Origin: Tubulanus polymorphus
Taxonomy: Eukaryota > Animalia > Nemertea
DNA: 64,000 nucleotides
Direction of reading: 5' to 3'
Assembly (NCBI RefSeq): GCF_964204645.1
Contig: NC_134027.1
Coordinates: 13,486,485-13,550,484 of the forward strand
The notes under the pieces: generated by a model
Databases searched by the model: none
What the model saw: the letters and a program-made list of their open reading frames with translations, nothing else
What the model was told of the DNA's origin: nothing
Shown here: positions 49,009 through 62,250 of the stretch, piece after piece
Numbering within the stretch: position 1 is the stretch's first letter
Layout of the letters: the number at the start of each line of letters is the position of its first letter
Translations under genes and position numbers: made by a program

Positions 49009-49085
49009 AGTAATTGGAAGATGTGGGTTTCAGATCAGAGGACGAGACACCACTCATCACCACAAGTAATTTTTTTTCCTAATAA

Positions 49086-52000
49086 ATGGGGGAGAATGAA
49101 CACCAGCCAGAAAACAATAATGTTAATAAAAATCAATATTATTGCAAATATTGTAAAAAAATACGTCGATATATCTAATAAAACACGACATGAAAAAACT
49201 GCAAATCATATAAAACATGTAATAGATTTTGAAACTCCAGAAAATTCCAATGAAAGAAAAGAAAGATTAGAAAATATGAATGTGGATGAAATAAAATGTG
49301 AAGTTTGTAATGAATTTATAGTAAAAAGGAATTATAATAGACATCTCGAATCACAAAAACACCATCAAAATTTGAGTAATAATGTTTTAGGAAAAGATTA
49401 TTTTGACGATAAACCTCAAAAAGTAAAAAAACCAACTTCAAAAACTAAATCCATTTCAAATAAACCTTACATGGAAAATGTTAGAAATTATATTGATTCA
49501 CTAGAAATAAAAGATACAATTGAAATTTTAGAAACATTACATAGTAAAATTGGTCCTGCAGCTATTATATTTAGATTTTTTAAAGGTACAACAATAGAAG
49601 ATTATAGTACATTTAATGAAATAATAGAAAAAATACTAGATTTGATAACAGATGTTGAATATCCAAAAATTAGTATCTCTGGGAAAGTAAGTTTTATAAA
49701 TTCAGAAGAAAAAATGAATTATAATATTCAAACACACTCTGAAGAAATAATTTCAAAAACACAAATAAAAGAGAAGTTAGAAAAAATATTTAATAAATTT
49801 AAACGTCATATTGAAGAAAGATATTTTGAGGGTTCTGGCTTAACATTGAATGAAATTATATATTTAGATTTAAATGTTTATAATACAAAAAGAAATAAAA
49901 CATCAAAAAGTAATAAAATGTTTAAAAATTATTCAAACTTTACAACAGAAAAGGATATTAAAGCATCATCTTATATTAAATTACCATTTACAACAAAAGC
50001 AGTAATAAATATTCAAAATGAAGATAATAAATGTTTTCTATGGTCAATTATTAGTTGCTTACATCCAACACAGGAAAATGTTTGTAGAATAACAGATTAT
50101 CGGAAATATGAAACATTATATAAAATTGATCAATATCCAGTAACTATAAAAATGATTTCTAAAATAGAAAAAGTTAATAATTTAAAAATAGATGTATTCG
50201 AATTAATGCAATTACCAAAGACAAAAGGTGAAAATATTAAAGATTATACATTGGAAGTTTTATATTTAACAGAATATTATGATGATGAAAATGCTATAGA
50301 TTTGTTATATTACAAAAAAGATGAAAATGAACATTATATGTGGTTAAAACAAATTGATTTATTCTTTAGAACAGAAAGTGATCATCATCGTAAAATTTAT
50401 CTATGTAGAAAATGTTTATCTAAATTTATGACTGAGAATACATTATTAAAACATAAAGAATTATGTGATTTTAAAGATTTTTGTAAATTAATAATGCCAA
50501 CAGAAAAAGATTATAAATTGAAATTAACTAATCATAAATTTAAGAATATTGTTCCATTTGAAATTTATGGAGATTTTGAATCGTTGAATAAAGAATTAAC
50601 TGATCAAGATAGAAAAGAAATATATAACAAAAAGCAATTATTAAAATCAATGGATAAAGGAAATGAATTAAATTAAGACACAATACAAGACCCACCAATT
50701 ATAAATACAATTAAAAAAGTTCATCAAAGAGCTGCTGCTTATGGAATTTATATAAAATCAAATTATCCTGAATTATATGAAAGTCAATATATTTCTTTTA
50801 GAGGTGAAGATGTATTTAATAATTTTTGTAACAAAATGATTGAATTAGAAAGTGATTTTGCAAAATTATTAAACAAAAATAAAAGAATAGTTATGACAAA
50901 AGAAGATAAAATTGATTTTAATTATGCAACTCACTGTTGTTATTGTGAAAAACGTTTTTATTCATTTGATAAAAAAGTTAGAGATCATGATCATTTAAAT
51001 TCAAAATATCGTGGAGCTGCTCATGAAGATTGTAATTTACAAGCTAAAAAAGTAAATTTCGTTCCAATATTATTTCATAAATTATCAGGCTAGGATACCC
51101 ATCTATTTATAAAACAATTATCAAGGAAATTGGGCACAATTAATCAAGAAATAGAAGAATATAATGCTATGAATGGTGTAAATGTAAGAAAATATGATTT
51201 TAAACTATTAGCTAAAACATCTGAAAATTATATTTCATTTCAATTTGGTTGCATTAGATTTTTAGATTCTTATAGATTTCTAGCAAGTTCATTAGATATA
51301 GATGCAATGATGCAACCTCAACCATATAAACATTTTATATTAACAGAAGTTGAAAATGATGATAAAACTGATTGGGAAAGCGCAATTGCGAGTTTAAAAG
51401 ATGAAGCACCAATTGGTTATTTCTTTGTAGTTGATTTAGAATATCCTGAAAATATAAAGTTTAAAACAAGAAATTTACCTTATTGCCCAGAACATTTAAC
51501 CGTAGATGATAGTTATTTAAGTGAATACCAGAAGAAAATAAAACCGAAAGATCATGTTTTTACAGAAAAATTAATACTTACTCAAAATAATAAATACAAT
51601 TATATTGTTCATTATAGAATGTTAAAATTTTATCTAAAACAAGGAATGAAATTAAAGATAGTACATAGATATATTGAATTTAATCAATCGAAGTGGTTAG
51701 AAAAATATATAGATTTCAATACTCAACAGAGAACCATATCAAAAACAGATTTTGAAAAAGATTTCTTCAAATTAATGAACAATAGTTCTTATGGTAAAAC
51801 ATGTGAAAATATTAGAAATAGAAATGATATTGAATTAGTAAATAATTCTGAAAGATTAAGACATTTACAATCAAGTCCTAGACATTTAGGAAATAAAAGA
51901 TTTGAAGATTATTTAACAGCAGTTAAATTAAAAAGAACGTCAATGAAATTTAATAAACCTATATTCATCAAAATTATTAATATAAGTATCAAAATTATTA

Positions 52001-53546
52001 ATGTATGATTTTTATTATAATGTTTTACAACCACTTTTTGGGGAAAAGCATATTGAAATATTATATTTTGATTCTGTAACAGCTGACACCCCAATATTAT
52101 TAAAATGTAATGATAGAATATTGATAAGAAGAATTTCAGAAATAATTCCAAAACAAAATGAATGTTATATTTCATATGGTGAAAAAGAATTAATACAAAT
52201 AAATGGATTAATGGATGTTTGGACAAGAAATGGATGGAAAAAATTAAAGAATATTATTAGGCATAAAACAAATAAGAAAATCTATAGAGTTAGAACTAAA
52301 TTAGGGTTTGTTGATGTTACAGAAGACCATAGTTTAATTAAACGAAATGGTGATGAAATAAAACCAACTGATATAAAAATTGGAGATGAATTATTACATA
52401 AAAGATTTTTCCAAAGAATGAATCATATATCATTTGATGAAATTATTGATAATATTTATAATATAGAACCCGAAACATTAGAAGAAAAAGAATATTTTAT
52501 CAAAGAATTTTTCATGGGAGATGGTTCAGCAGGTGTGTATAATTATGTTAATCGCACTCAATATTGCTGGTATTTATGCAATCAAGATTTGAAATTATTA
52601 GAAAGAATAAAGAAATTCTGTGAAGAAGTTTATTCACATAAAACATAGGAATAATCCTAAAGATTTTGCTATAAAATATAATGACGAATTCTATATTCAT
52701 GCAATAGTGAAAAGTAATACTTCAACTAAAGAAAAGATAGTTCCAGATTATGTATTAAATGCAAGAAATAATTTAAGAAAATGGTTCTTCATTGGATTCT
52801 ACGCAGCAGATGGTACTAAAAGTTTCAAAAACCGCAAAACAATATCTTTAGCTCAAAAAGGAAAAGTTGCTATATCAGGATTAAATATATTATGCAATTC
52901 ATTAGGTTTTAATATGAATATTGGATTGATTAAATCTAAACCAAATTGCTTTAATTTAAGCCATGTAGAAAATGAGTTAACAGAAGGAGTTAAAGATTTA
53001 TTTGAAATATATAACCCAACAGATTATGTTTATGATTTATCAACTGAAGATGGTACATTTAACTGTGGATTTCCATTAATAGCAGTCAATACTGACGCGT
53101 ACATACTAAAAATCAAAACAAATGACATAACAAAAGACTTAAAAACATTAAAACATCATTTTGATTTTAGCAATTATCCCAAAGATCATGAACTATTTAG
53201 CAATGATAATAAAAAGATTCCTGGTAAATTTAAAGATGAATTAGGGGGTGATGAAATGATTGAATTTGTTGGGATAAGAAGTAAAATGTATAGTTATAGA
53301 ACAAAAGACCATGAAGCTAAAAAATTAAAAGGAATAACAAAACATGTGGTTGATAAACATATAGAATTTCAAGATTATATAAAGTGTTTATATAACTCAA
53401 TTGTAATGAAACATAAAATGAATTCTTTAAGATCAGAAGATCACGAGATGTACATTAATGAAGTTGAAAAAACTAGTTTGAATCCATTTGATGATAAAAG
53501 GCATATTTTAGATGATGGTATAAAAACATTACCTTATGGCCATTAA
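49086..53546 (+). pseudogene. Protein-primed family B DNA polymerase with zinc fingers, endonuclease VII-like insert and intein
   Basis: SYIKLP..NIQNEDNKCFLW, Exo I YGDFES, RDHDH..YRGAAH..CN, Exo II FHKLSG*D, motif B KLMNNSSYGK, motif C split as YFD/TDA. Has stops, frameshifts and a deletion removing motif A near 51297. Confidence 0.95.
52073..53090 (+). mobile_element. Intein (HINT domain plus LAGLIDADG homing endonuclease) in PolB motif C
   Basis: Block A SVTADTPIL, block B VTEDHSL, block C FFMGDGS, block E GFYAADG, block F YVYDLST, C-terminal Asn followed by +1 Thr. Confidence 0.93.
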
Positions 53547-54870
53547 AACATAAAATCAATATCATCATACTCGAAATCACTATTGGCTTCTTCATTTTCA
53601 TTTAATTGTTCTTGTATAATTTGTTTAGGTTCTTCCATTTCATTTTTCTCATTTAAATAAAGTTCTATCTTGTACCACATTTCATCTCGCTCTCTTTGTT
53701 TCTTTTTGTTCGTTAATTCGTCAAATGGAATTATAATATCGATGTTCAAATAATTTACAATCTTATTTAAAAAGAATTCATAATTAATTGAATCTGTTAT
53801 TCTATTTTCCAAATGATACATTAATATTTGTTTAAATATTTTTTTTATATTTTCCATATCTTCTTCTGTTAATTTTGGTTTTTCATAATAATCGTTAAAT
53901 AATAAATATAAATACATTTTCTTTGGTTTTGTGTTAAATGTTAATGGAATAATTGTTTTTATAATATCCTTTTTAGTTATTTCACCATTTTTATTTTCTA
54001 TTATTTTCATTTTTTAAGCCATTGCTTATATTCTGGTGTATGATCTTCTATAGAAAATATTTTAAAAATTTCATCAAGATAATTTAATTTTGGTTCTATG
54101 AGAAAATCTCTAGTTTTGTCTTCACCCCATAAATTCTTTTGCCATCCACATTCATTACAAAATAACACAGTACCTTCTTGTCTTAAGGTCGCATAACTAC
54201 ATTGTGGGCATTTTTGTTTATAATTTATTGGTAATAGATCTTCATTAAGCTCTTGGTATTTTCTTACGTTTTCTTTATGTTTTATTGTTCTATTATGTAG
54301 ATTTGAATTACTTGTTGTAATAATCAATTTACAATATTTACAATAATATGTTTTTCTTGTTAATTCATTACATTGTTTTTCTAACTTTTCAACTGTTTCT
54401 TTATTATCTGGTAACGTTTTCTCATATTTTATTTTTTCTAATAAACTATTTTTTCTTTCATTGAATTCTGCTTCAAATTTATTAGAAATTTTATCTATAT
54501 GTGCTTTACGAAATTGATGATACTCCCAATCTTCTATATTTTCAGGGCTATATTTTATTCGACAAGGCTCACAGAAATGATATTTTATATTATCCTTATC
54601 ATAGAATAAGAAAGGTCTTTTCCAAATAATTTCAGGTTCAACTTCAACAGAATTACTATTACTTTCATTACTATCAACATTAGCCGTTGCGCCATTAATT
54701 TTACACTTCTCTGAATGTTTTTTAACGTAATTTCTTGAGAATTATTTATTTCATTTTGGGCAGTTTATTTTAGGGGGTTTATAATTTTCATCATGTTTTT
54801 TCATATGTCGAGCCATATTACTTTTTCTTAGAAGTTCATCACAAATTTCACATCCTATCTTCTCATCCAT
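53543..54870 (-). pseudogene. Multi-zinc-finger protein with poxvirus A2/VLTF3-like domain (copy B)
   Basis: Zinc ribbon CPQC..EG..FCNECG, then FLIEPKLNYL and IKKIFKQI..INYEFFLNKI..DEMW. Frameshift at ~54010. Confidence 0.75.
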
Positions 54871-55884
54871 TTATTTAGGAAAAATTGTATTAAAATTAAT
54901 TTTTAGTGATGAGCGGTAATTTTTTTATGTTATAAATAATGGTAGAATTAAACGAATACAGAATATTTGTTGATTCTAGAAAACTTACAAATTATAAATC
55001 ACATAATTTAATAGTTCAATTAGATAGAGAATTTAAGAATTGTGTTGATTTAAAATTAGTATATATAAGTTTATGTGACTCATTTTACAATATATCGGAT
55101 AGCATTTAATTTTTTCAATCTTTTACAAAAAAAGGAATAAATGGTTTTTTATATATTTAAAACCAGGATTATATAATTTAGATACATTAGCACAAGAAAT
55201 TAATAGAAAAGCTCGAGCTAAATTAGGAAGTGATTCCGGATTTAGTATAAGAATTTTAAAAAGTGATAGTTCCAATAAAATAAAGATTAGGTTAGCTAAT
55301 GACGAACAATTTAAATTTACAGTAAGAAAACCTTTAGGTAAACCATGGACTCTAAAACGAAGGGACGTGAAACGAAAAACGCCGCCTTTGATCTCCCCTG
55401 TAGCATCCGAGCTACGGCTCTCTGCAGTTCGTCATTCGCGTGGCAACACCTGTCAGTGTGGTTAATTGCAGTTTTGTTGCGCGCGCAGCTAAAACAGCGA
55501 CCCATATGGACGAAAACACTTCCATAGTAATCTACACGCTGTGAATTATCAGCAGCTAGGGCGCCATTGAAATGGTTGTTAAGGGGATAGAATCTCAGTG
55601 CAATCATGGACTCTAAAACACCTGCATTAATTGAATATTGTTAATAAAATCAATCTACTTTACTTAATTACAACACATGTCTCAATATATGACACGGCCT
55701 CATCATCTGATTTTATTTCAACAGCAATAATTAGTAGGTCAATAATTAGTGTACTACACGCATAACTTATTTTAACTAGGGGTCAGTCACCTATATTTAT
55801 GAACAATGTCTAAGTAAGCATATAAGCAAACATATATAGCGTATACTAGTCAGAAGTAATTTTACACCTGGTTACAACGGACTT

Positions 55885-57350
55885 ATGATGGAAAACAACC
55901 CGACCAAACGACGACTGAATAATGACATTTTTGATTTGGATAAGGAAATACGCTGGGATAATTTGATAAGCGATGATGAATTGCTAGCTGAATGCCCTGT
56001 GTTGATGGAATCTTTTTTTAAATGTCCTTTTTGTGGCAAGACGTTTAAAAGTTCATCAGGATTTACCGGGCACATTAAAAAACAGCACGACGCAAACCCC
56101 AAGGAATATGCTGGTAATTATATATTCTAAACTCTATTGTATTTACTGATAACATATATGAAAAGTTCCTTATTCTTAAACTTCACATTTCATATTTCAG
56201 CATCTAAGCATAAAATGAATCAGGTTTTAAAGGAGAATGATCATGACCATTCATCAATTTCTTCGAGTACGTAGCATTTTCTGCCTGGTGAAATGAAATT
56301 ATCGATACGTATATGCATCTATACCGCTCTTTCAATTATTATCTTTCAGAGCCATACCTGGATGAGAATGAATTCTTGAAATCGTTCGAAAAAACTGTGT
56401 GCGACGCATTAAGAGAAGTGAAGAGCGATCCGATAATAATGACGTCTCCTTTTGGCGGTATCTTTGAAAAATTGATCGAAGAATCGCACAATGCGCAAAA
56501 AACAACCGAATTGTGCAATGTTTTAGCACCTCGAGTCGAAAAGTGCATACGTGCAGGAGAAACCAGCAAATTTCCCAGTATCAGTCGGGAATTGATTTGG
56601 AATCAATTCCATAATCTGAGGACGGATGAACTTCTAATCGATGAACTGTGTTCCACATTTTCGCGTGACAAAATGAGAAAAGCACAAGTTCGCATGCTTG
56701 TAAGCTGCTGGTTGTCACAAGTGTTTAAACTGTCAGTGATTTGGCATTTCAGCAGCGATACTGAAAATTCAGTCGAGGGGGACGAGTGCGATTTAACGAA
56801 ATCTGAGGAGGGTGTCTTGCGTTTCATCGCTGGTTATATATGTCGAAAATTGACAGATCGTTTTCAAAGGAGTAATTCACCAGTTTCGGCGATCTACCTG
56901 GAAGTATTGGGAGAAATATCCCAGAAAAGCGAATCGTTTGAAAAAGAGGACCTTTTCCTTGAACACACCGAGACGTGGCTAACATTAGTCAACCGTGGGG
57001 GATTGACGTTCGTGACCGATGCGTTTTATTTAATGATATTGAGTATCGAGAAATTAGTAAGGAAAGACTACAATCGCCATGAAGCAGACTCTAATCTAAA
57101 TGCTCGTGTGAGAAAACGTATTATAGAAGACCGGCCGGTACATGTGTACCTAGATGAAATAACGAAAAAACTATCTGACGAGGAGAAGCAGGGTTTCCTC
57201 TCCGTAGTTGTGAACCTGTATCTCAACATCCGCAGTCATGCATATGCCAAAGGAATTGTTGATTTCCACGAACAAAGAACTTCAACGACAAGCAAAGGCC
57301 AGAAAGGACTGAGAAAATCTTTAAAGGATTGCACCAACAGGTATATATAA
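55885..57350 (+). CDS. Accessory gene of the P element: C2H2 finger plus P-transposase C-terminal-like domain; exons 55885-56113, 56201-56266, 56350-57350
   Basis: Phase-compatible GT/AG junctions give an open ~431 aa frame containing CPFCGKTF..HIKKQH, LRFIAGYICRKL and VNRGGL. Confidence 0.8.
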
Positions 57351-57474
57351 TCTTATAGGACATTTCTTTATTATAAACATCAATTCTATATTTACAAACT
57401 AATACATACAAAAACAAGAAAATACATTTTCATGAATGGATAATATGACAGTAACATTTTCAATATTCTAATTC

Positions 57475-60242
57475 TCAATGATGGCGTTTCTTTTTTGGAA
57501 GTGGAGTATTGTCGTTTACATATTGCACCTGATAATCAGCAGTTACATTTCCTCTAATAGGCGCCAATGCGTGTGATTTTAATGTACATATTGCACTGGA
57601 ATTATAACAAAATTGATATACATTCGGATTATCATTTCCACCCCCCCCCCCCCCCCCCACTGTCTCTGTTTCCCAAAGAACTGCTCAAGTGGGTCCTGAT
57701 TAAATTTTTCTGATAACACGAAAGTTGCCCCATGTTGTAATAAGTATGTACAGCACTCAATGAATGATTTAATTGTGATCTCAATACCATCAAGAGTTTG
57801 ATAAGAAAGAATCATTCGTGCTTTATCGGATTTCTGAATATTTACATGTGTTTCATCAATTTCAGCCTTCCAACGCTTTAAATCATCCAAGAACCATTGG
57901 AGCCAGGTAAGCCGATCATCGTCAACATCAGTATATGCATTAAGATCTTTATTCAGTGACCTTTCACCTTGTCTGAGGTGACGCACATTAAGACAATCAA
58001 AGAACTTGTTTATATTTCTAATAAATACGACCGTTTCTGAAGTCTCATCTCCCTGAGTTAATTGCAGGGCATTTGCAACTGACGAGCTAAGAATTTGAGC
58101 AGCTAATTTTACCCGCATTTTTGAAAATGATGTTAGGTAGACATGCGCACGAGTCAACTTGGGTACAAGTTTTAAATGGTTTCTGGCTTCATAATTCTGA
58201 AGCTCAACAATCTGTTTCCATGAAATGTGTTTCCCCCTTCGCCACATATAACGTGTATTGCTGTTTGCACCAGAGCTATAAAAACAGTTTCTGACAGTTT
58301 TAATGAGATGAGGGGCATCCGATATAAAGTACAAATCTCTGTCAGTAGCGAAAGGGTTTTTTGTTTTATACACAACGCCTTCAAAACCTTCAATTCGATG
58401 CATATTAAAAAATCGTCTATTCGATGATGCCCCATCACATGTGAGGGAAAGGACTTTCATACCATACAGTTCTAAATACATAATTGTATCCCATACCAAA
58501 GGATAAAGAAAATCCGCTGTAATGCCATTGCAAGGAAAGCTTGCAATTGGATATGAAATATTATTCGTAAGTCCCCTGACCATGAAAGTTAACATATAAG
58601 TTGCTAAGGGAGGCTTTGATGTGCCTTCTGCCATATTGCGTTCATAGTTAATAATACAATTGGAAACATCATCCAAATTCGTATACCCAATAAGCTCACC
58701 AGATGCTTTATCATACACTAAATCAGCTTTTATTTTAACTTCATCGTGCAGCAAACCTACATAACGAACATGTTCTAAATATGAATTTTCATTTTCAGAT
58801 TCCTTCAGCAATTCAACAAATGACTCTACTTGAAAACCAGACTGTGGTTTAAATGAATGCGTATAGTCTATCAACGTTCGCGAAGATGGTAAACTTATGA
58901 AACCGGAACGACGCATTGCTTCATATGATCCGGATGATTTTCCTCGAAGATACAGGCACCACTTTATTATCAGAGGGTGCCATCGGATTGATTTCTTGCT
59001 GGACGTCTGTGCGCACTTCAATTGCTGGTCCCAGAATACTCTCGAAAATGTACCTTCAGCAAATGCCGAGTTATTTGGATGAGTCATTTCTTCGTTGTGA
59101 TGTTCCATAATCGATTGAAAATCATCAGAACTTAATTGATCGAGTTTAGTTCCCTCTCGGTCAATTCTCTTTTGAATTTGAATTTCCAATCTTTTAATTT
59201 TTAGTTGGAGTCTATCAATTTCGCGCTTCATTATTCTTAGTTTACTATCTTTTTCATTTGCCGATAAATTTGAATATGTACAGTGTGACGACAAGCCAAT
59301 TTTTTGGGTAGAGTCACTATTCTGCAATTTTGACATTCTGGCACGCAACCTAACACGAAATTTGCTGCAGTTACTGCACCGGGCGCTGAATCGGTCAATA
59401 AGTAGATCGCAATTAGAAGAACGAATTGTTGATGTGTACCGGTTTCCAAAACATGTTTGTCCATAGTCTCCTTCTCTGATTGCAGAAATAGTCTCTGAAC
59501 CTTTCTCGGTTATTCCGGATCCTACCGCTATCAGACTATTGAATTTTTCATCACTGTTGCCGCTGCATATAAGATATGATTCTACAATTTTTGGTAAATG
59601 TAGAATTTTCGCTTTAATCAATGTCTTTGAAAGAAATTTCAAGTTCGAATAATTTTTGTATAAATAATGTTCAGAATCTAGAACTTGATTGTGCACCTTA
59701 ATTGTTATTTCATATTCGTTCGTAATTTGAATCCAAATCGATACAACTGGACCACTATCCGTGTCAGTTAATTTGACCAGCGTTAACCCAACATCATTTA
59801 ACGTATGAACTTTCCATGAATCCAACGCTAGCTTCGATTCCGAAATTTCCTTCAGTATTTCATTTCTACTGGCATTTTGTATCTGTAAAAACAAATTAGA
59901 TCAAAATCATTATGTAAAATATCGTGAAATCCGAAGATATATTCCTCCAAAAATTTGTTCTGATGTTAATAAACTTAATAAAAATCATATCTTACCGTCG
60001 ATGAATCGTCTGTTTCATGGTTTAATGAAATTTCTGGTTCGATTACATCTTCACATACCTGTTGAAATGGCAAAAAAGATTTGATTTACTGACAAGAAAT
60101 AAACTACATGTATATATAGACTGATGTGAGTGCATTTTATATGCTGAGGATATCTTACCTCACTCTGTTCTTGCTGGGGTTGGCCAGGATCTGCAGGACG
60201 TTTTCGAATCCTGCCTATTCTCTTACGTCTCGGCTTTTTCAT
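57475..60242 (-). CDS. P-element transposase; exons 60242-60159, 60058-59996, 59882-57475, with one frameshift in a G18 run
   Basis: LPSSRTL, LLHDEVKIK (D), TCDGASSN (D), DAPHLIKTVRN, KMRVKLAAQ, NQDPLEQFFG (E). Phase-0 introns. Confidence 0.92.
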
Positions 60243-61945
60243 ACCTAAAAAAAATTGTTACATTGAAAAAATTTATCTTCCCAACAAATAAACACTTGGC
60301 CTGGATGTGGGATATGGCCTAGATACACACTGCTGCATTATCATTCGGTGTGATCATAACACTGGCAATGCGGAAGTAAACAGACCCGTATCTATGGAAC
60401 AAGATCTCAATCTCTGTAGGCCTATACACAATAGTGACGTCACATCGAGTTCCGGAGTAATAATTACGTTAGTATTTCAATAAAAAGAATACTTTTCAAA
60501 TCAGAATTATAGACCAGATAAATGATCATCTTCAATACAAATGTAATCAAGCCAGAAATTAAACTTTCGTTGTTTCGATATTGTTTTCATAATGAATTAA
60601 TATTCTACGGATGTTGAATAACTTGGTTTACAAATTTTATTATTTTCATATCATTTATTTAATTTGGTCGAGAAAATGAAAGGAAGACTGGGCAAAATAT
60701 TGATATACCAACAAATCTATCGAACCGATTAAAATATAAAGTATATCAAGCCATACGGTTGGGATTCATAAATAACAATTTGGCAATTCGATTAATATCT
60801 GAAATTTACCCTCTAACAGAATTGGTTTACTAAATGAACATATCGCGAAGTCTTGGTTCGAACTCGCGGAAATCATTGAGGATAATTTGATTGCAATCAA
60901 CAGCTTGCGTGTTTCGAATATGTGTTAAATTCAGACGACCCCGATAAAAATAGAATTTACCTTATCGATCTTAAGTATCTCTAGAGTGTAATCCTTTTTA
61001 TAAAATGGGAGTTAAACACACACGAATCGACAAATCTGAAGATTTATGTCACGTACAAAATCACGCCGCTAAACACTGCAGTCAAATATGGCGGTTCTCC
61101 TTGCTCAGAGCTGTTCGGCTATAATCGGAAACACTCGGTTTCCGATTACAGCGTAGCTACGATCCAACGCGCGTCGACAGCTGGCCCTTTGATCTTTAGC
61201 TGCGTTTCACGTCCCTTCGTTTTAGAGTCCATGGGTAAACTGTTAGGAATTAACCCAGATATTGTTACAGCATACGCAGAAGGTAGATCAAACTTAATAC
61301 CTTTTACACACTTTTATATTTATTGCAATTTAATTGATCCTACAAAAACATTCGAAGCAACTAAAGATACAATTTGTAATTCTAGTATATTATTTTTGCC
61401 ATTAAAGAATGTCAAACAATTTGGAACGCAAATAAATTATAATTTAACTGAATGTGATTTTAAACCTTGTATTCCTCAATTTAATAATTTTAAATTAGAA
61501 ATAAGAAATCATAATGGTTATTTAATTGATTTGAATAACTTTCATGTGATATATGAATTAGTTATAAGATGTAGAGAGTAATTTTTTCACTATATAAATG
61601 AATATAACTGTTGGACCGAGTATATGTTTTGGGTTTGATTTTAAACGTGAGAAAGAAATGAAATTTAATATTAATGATGTAATTACACATATTAAAAATA
61701 TTGCATTTTCTAATGAAACAACATTTGAGTATGAAACAACGATAGATAAAGAAACATAAAAATGTAGTAAAGATTACTAATTTAATTAGAGAATCTTTAA
61801 GATTTTATGAATTAGATGAAGATTTTATCATAGATGATATTAAAAACATATTAACCAAAATAAAAGTAGTAATGAAATAAATGTTGAATTAATCATAAAT
61901 AAGTTAACTAAATATTTTGAAGATAGTAATTTTTTTGATAAATAA

Positions 61946-62167
61946 ATGAGTGATAATAAGTGGATAATAACTGGATTATATAATGGAGCATTACTATCAG
62001 TTGGAACTGTTAGTTATTCAATGGTATTTAAAAAAGTATTTAAAATGGGAGGTGTTAATGTTGATAGATTTGATATAAATGATATTTTAAAATTAACATT
62101 AGCAGTTACTTTATCTAATTTAAGTATTGATTATTTAGAAAAACAAAAATATATTCCTCCCATATAA
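61946..62167 (+). CDS. Small hydrophobic protein (copy B homolog of 3521-3772)
   Basis: Intact 73 aa ORF with a TAATT(-19)/TAAATG start. Confidence 0.72.
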   Translation: MSDNKWIITGLYNGALLSVGTVSYSMVFKKVFKMGGVNVDRFDINDILKLTLAVTLSNLSIDYLEKQKYIPPI

Positions 62168-62250
62168 ATGCGTAATTATTTTACTAAATAAATGGCTTCT
62201 GCAATTATAACTATTATAGGATCAGCAATTGTTAACGCTTTAGCATTTAC

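Larger units (their letters stand above)
55344..61233 (-). mobile_element. Complete P-superfamily DNA transposon (5890 bp)
   Basis: Perfect 31 bp TIRs CATGGACTCTAAAACGAAGGGACGTGAAACG (55344-55374 and 61203-61233). 7 bp TSD GGTAAAC (55337-43, 61234-40). The empty site is visible in copy A at ~2799. Confidence 0.97.
54939..61581 (+). pseudogene. Penton gene of copy B, split by the P element (54939-55343 + 61241-61581)
   Basis: The two halves rejoin to match 2392-3147. Confidence 0.85.
49009..62250 (+). mobile_element. Polinton/Maverick element copy B (left terminus at 49009), interrupted by a P element and truncated at 62250
   Basis: Starts AGTAAT, homologous to the right TIR of copy A. PolB, VLTF3-like gene, penton and the next three genes are collinear with 1-3855. 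Confidence 0.93.

Noticed and set aside
49021-49085. PolB start at ATG 49021 as given by the ORF track
   Set aside because: It lies in the TIR. The TAAATG start at 49086 plus one frameshift in an A-run restores a CxxC..H..H finger and matches the right-end gene.
52073-53090. Hedgehog-type HINT domain or spliceosomal intron
   Set aside because: It has LAGLIDADG blocks and a terminal Asn/Thr junction, sits in frame within motif C, and lacks GT-AG ends.
60250-61200. THAP-domain exon for the P transposase
   Set aside because: No C2CH THAP signature could be read in any minus-strand frame by eye. The region looks like 5' UTR and introns.
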